This document shows positions 55,139 through 64,000 of a stretch of 64,000 nt of DNA, one piece after another (the first letter of the stretch is position 1; each line of letters begins with the position of its first letter). Below the pieces are notes generated by a model. The model worked only from the letters and a program-made list of their open reading frames with translations. It was not told where the DNA came from and ran no database searches. This DNA comes from Candidatus Doudnabacteria bacterium (lineage in GTDB: Bacteria; Patescibacteriota; Doudnabacteria; UBA920; O2-02-FULL-48-8). Location: positions 824,235 to 888,234 of the forward strand of contig JBBCGO010000001.1 in the NCBI GenBank assembly GCA_037200925.1, read 5' to 3'. The position numbers and the translations under genes are program-made.

Positions 55139-57142
55139 ATGAAAGAAAATTTAGGGCTTAATCAAGCTCAATTAGAAGCTGTCACGGCCCCGATGGGACC
55201 GGTTTTGATTTTGGCCGGCGCAGGCAGCGGCAAAACGCGCGCTTTGACCATGCGGATCGTTTATCTGATAAAAAAGATCGGTTTAAGCCCGCGCAATATT
55301 TTGGCAGTGACGTTTACCAACAAAGCCGCGGGAGAAATGAAGGAGCGGATCACGAAACTGCTCGGAAAGAACCTTGATGGTTTGCCGACCATGGGAACTT
55401 TTCATTCCATTGGGGTTAAGATCCTGCGCATCGACGGAAAATTAGTCGGGCTTGATCCTAATTTTTTGATCTACGACAGCCAGGACCAGGAAAGCCTGAT
55501 CAAAGATATTTTATTAAGACAGCGCGTGGACCCGACCAAATACAAGCCGTCAATGTTCGGCGCCATCATTGACCGGGCGAAAAACAATCTGGAGGAACCC
55601 GAGGATATGGAGGAAGACGATAAGGCTTTTTCACGGACGGTAAAAAAAGTTTATGAGACTTATCAGGAGGAGCTGCGGAAGAACAATGCCGTGGATTTCG
55701 GCGACCTTTTGGTTTTACCGGTCAGGATCTTTCAAAAGCATCCCGAGGTTTTGGCAAAATACCAGAAACTCTGGCAATACATCCTGGTAGACGAATACCA
55801 GGACACGAACTATGCCCAGTATATTTTTACCAAACTCCTGGCCGCGGCCCATGAGAATATTTTTGTGGTCGGGGATGACGCACAGGCGATCTACGGTTTT
55901 CGCGGGGCTGACCTGCAGAATATCCTGGACTTTGAAAAAGATTATCCCAAGGCCCGCGTCATCCGCCTCGAGCAGAACTACCGCTCTACGGCTCCGATCC
56001 TTTCTATCGCGGAAAAGATCATTGAATTAAGCCCCCGCCAGCATAAAAAAAAGCTCTGGACGGAAAATGAGCAGGGGAAAACCCCGGTCTTGTTCGTGGC
56101 CCCGGATGAACTGGCAGAAGCTTACTTTGTCGCCGGCAAGATCATTGAACAGCAGGACGGGAAGTCAGAAGAGATGCAATACGTGGAAGAGGATGACGAG
56201 ACAATCCTGGGACGAATTATGCGCAATGCCAAATCCAAGATCTTGCCCAAGCTTAGGAACCGGAACGGACTGAACAACATTGCCGTGCTTTACCGTACGC
56301 ACGCCCAGTCGCGCGTTTTGGAAGAAGTTATGATCGAGGCCTCGATCCCTTACCAGATCGTCGGCGGTTTGAAATTCTACGAACGCAAAGAAATTAAAGA
56401 TATCTTGAGTTATTTGAGGCTTTTGGTTAATTCCAATGATCTGATAAGCATGAAGCGTGTCATCAACACCCCTCCACGCGGCATTGGTCCGAAGACCTTT
56501 GACTTGCTCAAAGAATCTTTGCTCGAAAAGAACGAGAAATTGCTTGGTGAATTGATGGCAGCCAAGCCTGCGGTCAAGAATTTTTTTGAAATGCAGGATC
56601 TGCTGACCAATCTGGATGAAAGCGGCAATCTGCTTGATCTGCTTCGCCAGGTCCTGAAACTGACCGGCTATGAAAGTTTTTTGCGCGATGGGTCGGAAGA
56701 AGGCGAAGGCCGATGGGAAAACGTCCAGGAACTGTTCAATGTGGCCGGCAGTTTTCGGGGGTTGCCCTGGAAAGAAGGATTGAATCAGTTTTTGGAAGAA
56801 GTGGCGCTCATGACCTCTGCTGATGAAGTTGATATGAATTCTCCGAAAGTAACTCTTATGACCTTGCATCAGGCGAAAGGCTTGGAATACGAAACCGTGT
56901 TTCTGGTGGGGCTGGAGGAAGGCTTGCTGCCCCATGCCCGCTCTTTGCTTGAACCAAAAGACATTGCCGAGGAAGTGCGCTTGGCTTATGTGGGCGTGAC
57001 CCGCGCGCGAAAAAATCTGTATCTGGTCTATGCGCAAACGCGCAAACAGTACGGCATGAGGAATGTTTCGATACCGTCAAGGATCCTCAAAGCCATCCCT
57101 GAAGAATTATTGGACATCCATGAATCAAATCAATACTGGTGA
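55139..57142 (+). CDS. uvrD: ATP-dependent DNA helicase UvrD/PcrA
   Basis: Walker A AGAGSGKT, motifs II (DEYQDT), VGDDAQAIYGFRGA, helicase C-terminal motifs. Confidence 0.9.
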   Translation: MKENLGLNQAQLEAVTAPMGPVLILAGAGSGKTRALTMRIVYLIKKIGLSPRNILAVTFTNKAAGEMKERITKLLGKNLDGLPTMGTFHSIGVKILRIDGKLVGLDPNFLIYDSQDQESLIKDILLRQRVDPTKYKPSMFGAIIDRAKNNLEEPEDMEEDDKAFSRTVKKVYETYQEELRKNNAVDFGDLLVLPVRIFQKHPEVLAKYQKLWQYILVDEYQDTNYAQYIFTKLLAAAHENIFVVGDDAQAIYGFRGADLQNILDFEKDYPKARVIRLEQNYRSTAPILSIAEKIIELSPRQHKKKLWTENEQGKTPVLFVAPDELAEAYFVAGKIIEQQDGKSEEMQYVEEDDETILGRIMRNAKSKILPKLRNRNGLNNIAVLYRTHAQSRVLEEVMIEASIPYQIVGGLKFYERKEIKDILSYLRLLVNSNDLISMKRVINTPPRGIGPKTFDLLKESLLEKNEKLLGELMAAKPAVKNFFEMQDLLTNLDESGNLLDLLRQVLKLTGYESFLRDGSEEGEGRWENVQELFNVAGSFRGLPWKEGLNQFLEEVALMTSADEVDMNSPKVTLMTLHQAKGLEYETVFLVGLEEGLLPHARSLLEPKDIAEEVRLAYVGVTRARKNLYLVYAQTRKQYGMRNVSIPSRILKAIPEELLDIHESNQYW

Positions 57143-57929
57143 ACTGAAAGATTATTTCCGCGCGCGGGGACTTAAGCCCAAGGATTACATGGGTCAGAAT
57201 TTTTTGATCGATGCGGATGTGCTGGGGGAGATCCTGAAAGTTGCGGAGCTCAAACCAACCGATATCGTATTAGAGGTTGGCCCTGGTCTTGGAGTTTTGA
57301 CAAGGCAGTTGGCAGATAAGTCAAAAGAGATCTGGGCTGTGGAAAAAGATCATAAATTAATCCCTCTGCTTAACATAGAATTGAAAGACAAAAAAAACGT
57401 TCATATCGTGCATGATGATATTTTAAGATTTCATGTCGCGGAAAATATCAAAGGAGATTATAAAGTTGTCGCCAATATCCCTTATTATTTGACATCAAAG
57501 TTAATTCAGAATTTTTTGGAATTACGAAACCCGCCGAAACTTCTGGTGCTCATGGTCCAGAAAGAAGTGGGGGAACGGGTGGTGGCAAAACCGGGAGAAC
57601 TTTCCGTACTCGGAATATCCGTGCAGATCTATTCAGACCCTGAAGTTGCATTAAATGTCTCCAAACAAAGTTTCTGGCCTGTGCCTGAAGTGGATTCAGT
57701 GATACTCAAAATTGTCCCAAGCAACAAATACCCGCAGATCAAAGACAAAAAATTATTTTTCCGCATTATCAAAACAGCTTTTTCCGGCAAACGAAAACAA
57801 ATTCACAACACGATAAAAGATCCTGCAGCTTTGCAAAAAGCGGGGATCGATCCCAAAGCCAGACCGCAGGACCTCTCAATTGAGCAGTGGATCGAGCTTT
57901 ATAAAGCCTTGGAAGCATCTGATATCTGA
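57120..57929 (+). CDS. rsmA: 16S rRNA (adenine1518-N6/adenine1519-N6)-dimethyltransferase RsmA/KsgA (start at the Met after the UvrD-overlapping leader)
   Basis: GQNFLID, VLEVGPGLGVLT, NIPYYLTS motifs. Confidence 0.85.
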   Translation: MNQINTGELKDYFRARGLKPKDYMGQNFLIDADVLGEILKVAELKPTDIVLEVGPGLGVLTRQLADKSKEIWAVEKDHKLIPLLNIELKDKKNVHIVHDDILRFHVAENIKGDYKVVANIPYYLTSKLIQNFLELRNPPKLLVLMVQKEVGERVVAKPGELSVLGISVQIYSDPEVALNVSKQSFWPVPEVDSVILKIVPSNKYPQIKDKKLFFRIIKTAFSGKRKQIHNTIKDPAALQKAGIDPKARPQDLSIEQWIELYKALEASDI

Positions 57930-58095
57930 AAAAGTGTTTTGGGGCTTGCAAAGAATCAGAATCTGTGCTATAATATATATATAGTTTGAAACGGTTTTCG
58001 AAACAAAAACCAACAAAAATCAATAAAATAAAGCCGAAATGAGAGATTTGGCAAGCCTAGTTTTGAGCTTGTCATTCCTTATTTTGAGAGACGGC

Positions 58096-58476
58096 ATGTT
58101 CATGTCAAGAAATAAACAAGAAGCAACCAGATTATTTGCACTAACAGTAATACTTATTAGTGTGCTGTTTTTGCCTCATACTCATAAGGCTCAGGCGCAA
58201 GCGGCAGGCCTGCCTTTCGGCGGCCGGCTTTTGTTTACTACGCCCCCAATTATCACAGTATTTGTCAATTGTCCTGCTATAGCTACCGTTTCAAATTTTG
58301 GACCAGGACCAAAAGTTTTGCATTTACTACTGCCTCCGATACAACCTAGATCTTTTTATAATTTTTATCTTCCCGGGGTCGCAGTTTTAGGAACATATTT
58401 TCCTACCCCGCTTCCTTTTAATTGTCCAATAGCGCCAATTTTTCCAGCATTCTATTTTGGGACAAGCGGCAGATAA
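58096..58476 (+). CDS. Small secreted Pro/Phe-rich protein, hypothetical (start at the Met preceding the signal peptide)
   Basis: Signal peptide MFMSRNKQEATRLFALTVILISVLFLPHTHKAQA, then a Pro-rich ~100-aa mature region with two Cys. Confidence 0.4.
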   Translation: MFMSRNKQEATRLFALTVILISVLFLPHTHKAQAQAAGLPFGGRLLFTTPPIITVFVNCPAIATVSNFGPGPKVLHLLLPPIQPRSFYNFYLPGVAVLGTYFPTPLPFNCPIAPIFPAFYFGTSGR

Positions 58477-58480
58477 AAAA

Positions 58481-59437
58481 ATGTTCAGAAATAAAAAACC
58501 AAAAAATCAATACGGAACGTTTGCTACCGACAGGCCACAGAACAAAAAAACTGCGAAAATTTTAATTACGGTTTTGCTGGGCGTGATTTTTGTTTTGGGC
58601 GTTGGTATTGCTTTGTTTAGGAAAGCCAATAAGCCTGTCCAGATAGCCGAAGTGCAGCAAATTTCAGCTACGATCCCGGGATGGTGGTATCAGCAATATT
58701 TCGGTTCCAGCGTTTGTACTCCTCAAAGCAGCAATTGGAATGTTTGTAAACCCGACGCTGATCCAGACCACGATGTATTGACCAATGCGCAGGAATTTTA
58801 TTATCACACCGATCCTAATAATAACCACACCGTTGGAGATAAAATGTCTGACGGACAATTGGTCGCTGGTGGATTTGATCCGAGCAAATCAGGAAAAATT
58901 ACTTTTGATCAGGCAGCCAACGACGGGAATATTTTTGGAGAAAGTTTGGTTTTTGACAAAGACATAAAAAGCATGATTTCGGATATGACCGATGTCAATA
59001 ATGCACCTTTACCCGACGTTAGTGATGCGAGCATCAAAACTTCGAATGACAATTCGAAGCAAAGCATTAGTGATTATTTAAACCAGCTTAACAATATTTT
59101 TAAGAAATATTTTCCAGATGACGTCGACATTGCAACCCTGATCAAGGTTCAGGACCCCAACGGCCTGGATGATTTGAGAACAAATACTGCCAAGGCATTG
59201 TCGGAAACAGAGCAAATTACGGTTCCATCTGACGCTGTGCAGCTTCAGAAATATCAAATTGGCCTGTTGCAAACTATTCCTTTAATCATGGTTTTGCCTT
59301 CCCAGAGTGAGCTGTCTGACACAACGAACGTAATTAGCAACTCTTGGTATGATAGTGTCCGTACTTACACTTCATTGGTTCAAAAGACCGGCATTGAAGC
59401 CACGAAATTAGTGAAAAAATACAATGTCGGTAAATAG
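58481..59437 (+). CDS. N-terminally membrane-anchored extracytoplasmic protein, hypothetical
   Basis: KILITVLLGVIFVLGVGIALF anchor. No recognisable motif. Overlaps neighbours on both sides. Confidence 0.4.
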   Translation: MFRNKKPKNQYGTFATDRPQNKKTAKILITVLLGVIFVLGVGIALFRKANKPVQIAEVQQISATIPGWWYQQYFGSSVCTPQSSNWNVCKPDADPDHDVLTNAQEFYYHTDPNNNHTVGDKMSDGQLVAGGFDPSKSGKITFDQAANDGNIFGESLVFDKDIKSMISDMTDVNNAPLPDVSDASIKTSNDNSKQSISDYLNQLNNIFKKYFPDDVDIATLIKVQDPNGLDDLRTNTAKALSETEQITVPSDAVQLQKYQIGLLQTIPLIMVLPSQSELSDTTNVISNSWYDSVRTYTSLVQKTGIEATKLVKKYNVGK

Positions 59438-61145
59438 AATAAAAAAAACAATCTCGATTGGCTTAACTGGAAGCATTGTTTTATTGCAAGTTTTGTTTTT
59501 TTCATTGGCTTCAGCTCCTTCTGTAGCTCACGCGGATGATTTTCCTTTGCCGTCAACCTTTATTCCGCCGTCAACAATAGCAATTACCGTGCCCACAACA
59601 ACGGCGTTGAACATACCCGATCAGCTCGATAATAAATACATTGCCATTATGAGGGGCATTGCTTTTGCCGCAGTCCAAAAATTCACCTCAGTTTTTATCA
59701 ATAAATTAACGGAGAAATATAAGATCAGGAACTACCTCTATTATGACCAAGTTTTAACTAATTATTATTTAAGCAATTATATTAGTGATAAGATCCAAGA
59801 CCCGAATTTGCGGCAAATATACGGCTTGATGAACGCAGGTTATGTAACAGGCCAATCAACAGGAACTACCGGAGGACCCGATCCGAACAAAGCTCTAATC
59901 CCAAGGCTTAAAACTGCGATCAATAATTATTATCAGAATAATTTTGGCGTGTCAGATAATGTGATAACCAACAATCCGAATAATTTATCGGGCTATGATT
60001 ATTATTCCACTGCTTTCAGTTATTATCTCAACCCGCCGGGTTATGTGTATCAAAACCTCCAGGGACAATTTGGGGCATTCCAGTCAGCCGCCACGACAGC
60101 GGCGCAGCTGGAAGTAATAGTCGGCAACAGTCTGAAAGCCGGGCGAGTTGTCGGAGGTTTTTGCAGTAATACGACCGATAACGTTTCCTGGGGCGATGGC
60201 TGGGCGCCTGCTTCATGTGTAGCCTCCGGCGGCAAATGGAATGCTTCGGCTCTGGATAATGCCCGATCTTTTATCGATAACCCCACCACTTTTATAAATA
60301 ATTGGTTACAGGGAGTTATATCAAGCCAGACCAACACCAATTTTGACCCAAATAACTTTTGGTACGCGATTGGCGGCGCCTTAGGAAACTTTTTACTTAA
60401 TTCATTAACCGCCAGTTCCAGTAGCAGTGCAGTAATAAATGAAGATCCAAATCACCCTTATGTTCCATCAAACAATGGGGGAATTACTTCGGGGGCAAAT
60501 ATAGATATTGATGGCGACGGGATAGCAGACGGATTTTCTGTCAATAATAACGGTATAATTGATAATTGTTTCTTTGGCGGCACAGCTCCAAATAATTGCG
60601 TCGGATCGAAAACTGCGCTGGCTCCGCCACCAGCGGGGGGAACTTGTACTGTGACCAGTACGGGCACGGCTGGCACACAACCGGATTCAATTGATCTGAA
60701 TTCCGTTGTATATGAAGCAGGTTCACCTAATGTCGCCGGCTGGGCCCAGACCGCGACCATCACAAATCCCGATCTCTCTGCAAATGGTTCAATTGATTTT
60801 ACTAAGAAAGATGGTCCTGACCGTTGGCCAGATCAGCCGTATACTGCGGGAAGCGCCGACACAATTCAATACACTATCTGGTATTTCCTGTATATTGACG
60901 GCCAATGGTATGGAGCTGCGGTGGTTGATCAGTGGTTTGGAAGGCCAGGCAATGGAGGCGGCATTTATAATTCCAATCCGCCGCTCTGCAATTGGGCAAC
61001 CGGCAGCCAGTACGGTCCGATGTTCGGGCATATGATCGTGCCAGGCGAGAAAGTCGGAATTATGGTTACTGCAGGAGGGGTGCGGCAGAACCATGATTCA
61101 AATATCAAAGAGAGATCAGACGTTGTAGTTGTGCCGGCACCTTGA
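59424..61145 (+). CDS. Secreted 573-aa protein with a calcium-binding-like DIDGDGIADG loop, hypothetical
   Basis: Signal peptide ...ASAPSVAHA. Asn/Tyr/Gly-rich. DxDxDG motif. Confidence 0.45.
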   Translation: MSVNRIKKTISIGLTGSIVLLQVLFFSLASAPSVAHADDFPLPSTFIPPSTIAITVPTTTALNIPDQLDNKYIAIMRGIAFAAVQKFTSVFINKLTEKYKIRNYLYYDQVLTNYYLSNYISDKIQDPNLRQIYGLMNAGYVTGQSTGTTGGPDPNKALIPRLKTAINNYYQNNFGVSDNVITNNPNNLSGYDYYSTAFSYYLNPPGYVYQNLQGQFGAFQSAATTAAQLEVIVGNSLKAGRVVGGFCSNTTDNVSWGDGWAPASCVASGGKWNASALDNARSFIDNPTTFINNWLQGVISSQTNTNFDPNNFWYAIGGALGNFLLNSLTASSSSSAVINEDPNHPYVPSNNGGITSGANIDIDGDGIADGFSVNNNGIIDNCFFGGTAPNNCVGSKTALAPPPAGGTCTVTSTGTAGTQPDSIDLNSVVYEAGSPNVAGWAQTATITNPDLSANGSIDFTKKDGPDRWPDQPYTAGSADTIQYTIWYFLYIDGQWYGAAVVDQWFGRPGNGGGIYNSNPPLCNWATGSQYGPMFGHMIVPGEKVGIMVTAGGVRQNHDSNIKERSDVVVVPAP

Positions 61146-61165
61146 TGTGCTGTTAAATTTGAAAA

Positions 61166-64000
61166 GATGAAACAAAAAGCAAAAATTAGTATATTTATGA
61201 GTTCAATCTTGGCAAGCTTAGTGTTTGCTAATTTTGCTTTGGCGCAGGCAAATCCTCCGATTATTGTCACAAATCCTTTTCCTTCCACGACTACTACACC
61301 TTCTACACCCGATACTATTACTTCGGCTGAGCTCATCCAGATGGATAAGACTGGGCAACAAATGCGCGATGCCTACACGAATGGTGCCGGGACCTTCACG
61401 GGCTTTACCCATAGCGTGGAAAGCTGGTCTTATGCGCCATTTGATACATATAAACAACAATGCAAGGCCATTGGTGATAAACTCGCCCAAGCGTTCCCAA
61501 ATACTGTGAATACCAGCAGCGGTGTGAGTACCACCGTAGGTCTGAATACTATATTTGATCCGTACAATTTTTATTGCACCTGGGGCAGGTATACGGGAGT
61601 TTCCACAACACCCGACAGCTTAGGAAGGAATATTACTGTTGTAAAAGATGACCAAATTGATAATTTGAGGATCATGAAAATGAGCGGCGGTTCCATCAGT
61701 TCCTTGCCTGAAATTCAAAAGAACAGGGAAGCCGCGCAGGCGGCATCGGATAATCAAAGAGCTTCGGTCAATCCTTTAAGCCAGGCGGTAGGCTGGGTTA
61801 TATCGTTTATTTTGAATGTGATTACATATGTACTTTTGGCATTGAGTTCTTTGGCCGGCATAATATTGAACTGGTCAATTGGGAATTTCGGATCGGCAAT
61901 TCAGAGCGAAATAGTATTGAGCGGATGGACAATTGTGCGGGATCTAATGAACATGTTTTTCATTCTTGCGTTTATCGCTATGGCTTTGGCCACAATTTTA
62001 CAGATCGGAGAAGAGTACAACTACAAGCGCTTACTGCCAAAATTGATTATTATGGCTTTACTTATAAATTTCAGCAAAGTCATTGCCGATACGCTGATCA
62101 ATTTTTCCAATTTTTTAACGCAAGTATTTGTTCCGGCGGGCGGGTTTGGTGATTTTGGTCAATTTATTTCAGGGCTTGTAACTCAGGGCCAGGGACCGTT
62201 GGGCCTTTTTATTACCAGTTCCGGCGGAGCGGCAGCGGCATTGGGTCAAGGCATCCTCAAAGTCATAACAGCACTAATTATTACGTTCAGTTTTTTGGCA
62301 ATTGCCGGATTGCTGCTGGTGAGGATAGTCGGGTTATGGGTTCTGACCGTGATCTCTCCTGTAGCATATGCTTTAAATATTTTACCCATCACTGAACACT
62401 ATGCTCGGGAGTGGTGGCAGTGGTTCATCAAATATTTGATCTGGGCTCCTGTATCAATTTTCATGTTGAGAATAGGGGAACAACTGATCGCTATTAAAGG
62501 CTCGCTTACCACCAATGATATGTTTAGTTTTATATTGGTTTCGTTCTTCATGTTTTCGGCGGTGCTAGTGGCGCAAAAAGCCGGCATGGTGGGAGGCGAT
62601 ATGATAATCAACGGAGTAAAAGGCGGAATGGCATTTGCCGGCGGACTCGTGGGAGGAACCGTAGGGAGAGCGTATACAAAGCGAATGAATGCCAATGCTG
62701 ATGCCGCAACTGTGTCCGGAAATACATTCAGAGCGGGGCTGTATAAAGCCGCTGCTTTCTTGAATCCTGTAGCGGCGAGGAAGGCTTTTGAACAGCGCAG
62801 CCACCATCTCGAAGAAGAAGCTTATGGTCCGGCTGTAGGCGCGATGCACGATACTTTGAACCGCGTTATGCCGACTGAATGGCACAATTTAGGCAATGTA
62901 CTTAAGGGCCAGGCTCCAAGTTTAGGCAGAACGACCCAGTTTGGCCAAATAGAAAGCAACCGCGTCATAAACAAGAAAGTTAAAGAAATTAACGAAGCCG
63001 GTTTGACGGAAAAGCAAAGAAGCGAGGGATATATGTCATCCTCCCATTTGGTGGATAAATTGGCTTATGGCCGGGCCATAGCCATGAATAACGGTCAGGA
63101 TGGCTTGGCTGGTGAAAGAGGTCAGAAATATGATCCTACAGCCTATAAAGAAATGATATTTAAGGATTTGATCGCGGCGGGAGCTAATCCTTTGCAAGCC
63201 GGGCGGGAAGCGAATTATATTTCTGAACTGTCCGATGGAAACAAGAAAATCCGGGATTTGGGAGCGGGGGTTGAGGCTGATGTTGACGGTAAACCGCGCG
63301 CGACAGTTGATCTATCTGCAGTTATAGACTTAGGAAAGAAAAATTTTGACGGACCGGATGGATTACAGTCATATTTAAAGAAATTAGGAGTTATTAATCC
63401 CACTACAAACCAATTTGAAGATCGAACGGGAAATGAGCTGGGAGTTGTCAATAATATGGATGATTTTAATGCCTTGTTGAATAAAACCGGCATAACAGAA
63501 GATGAGAAATTATATGATGGCAAGGACTTCAGGCATGAAATAATGAGCGCCCGCGGAGCGCTCGAAGCCGATAGGCGCGGGAAAAGATGGGACGCTGAAG
63601 ATCTGGCTAAGGCATTGGAGCCTGCAGGCACCCATGTCCAGGAATTAAACGGAACATGGGAACATCTTAGCGGCCAAGGCTCAAGATTTTATCAAAGAAT
63701 GAATCCTTCCGTCGGAGCTGCAATTCCGGGAATGCGCAGAACCGCGCCGCGTATGCAAGCCACGATAGGAGGCAGTATAGATGTTAATGGTAAAATTGAT
63801 TATAGTTCAATACCAACCGATCCCAAAAAGCTAAAAATTTTAGTGGAGAATGTCCATTCCGGGCCTGAAGTTGCTTCTGGATTACTGACAAAGGGTAACA
63901 TTGATTTTACAACCGCAGAAAGGATAAGAGATCTTGTGAATGCAGAATTAAAGGAATATAGAAATTCGAAAAAAGCCACAAAAGAATTAGTTGTTGCACA
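61166..64000 (+). CDS. Large (>944 aa, 3'-incomplete) polytopic membrane protein: signal peptide, ~170-aa extracytoplasmic domain, ~6-7 TM helices, long hydrophilic C-terminal domain (VirB6/TrbL-like topology)
   Basis: Read manually in frame 2 with no stop codon from ATG 61166 to the window end. Signal peptide MKQKAKISIFMSSILASLVFANFALAQA. TM cluster VGWVISFILNVITYVLLAL..., MNMFFILAFIAMALATIL..., ILKVITALIITFSFLAIAGLLLVRIVGLWVLTVI..., WWQWFIKYLIWAPVSIFML.... Not in the supplied ORF track. Confidence 0.6.

Noticed and set aside
56165-57037. 290-aa minus-strand ORF inside uvrD
   Set aside because: The plus frame carries all UvrD helicase motifs. The minus-frame product is Gln/Phe-rich low complexity with no start context.

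Overview
This 64-kb window is a gene-dense bacterial chromosomal segment of roughly 45% GC with monoderm-like traits. It carries a sortase, a BdbC/BdbD-like disulfide-bond pair, and a T-box leader ahead of ileS. It is rich in secreted or cell-surface proteins (ice-binding-like, Big_2, DUF11, prenyltransferase-like). Housekeeping genes are rplT-rpmI-infC, smpB convergent with a tmRNA gene the ORF track cannot show, argS, ileS, recO, uvrD/pcrA, rsmA, dinB and msrB. Unusual features found by reading the sequence: (1) a tRNA-Asn(GUU) gene split in its anticodon loop by a ~557-nt group-I-like intron encoding an HNH endonuclease; (2) an ileS gene with a T-box leader, a +1 frameshift in an A8 tract, and a ~175-aa histidine-phosphatase domain inserted in-frame; (3) an 843-aa secreted fusion of a lysyl-oxidase-like copper domain with a PQQ-dependent sugar dehydrogenase; (4) a secreted protein with a prenyltransferase-like repeat region, a Thr-Pro-Tyr linker and a C-terminal DUF4430, resembling transcobalamin; (5) a 1541-aa CheB-CheR-PAS-GGDEF-EAL signalling protein; (6) a Fur/Zur-ZIP-YibE/F-YcnI-DsbA/DsbB metal and redox island beside a GC-rich foreign-looking ORF; (7) a terminal four-gene operon of unrecognisable secreted or membrane proteins ending in a polytopic membrane protein of over 940 aa that runs off the window and is absent from the ORF track. 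No CRISPR array, rRNA or classical IS element was seen. Every family assignment rests on motif recognition by eye and needs a database search.
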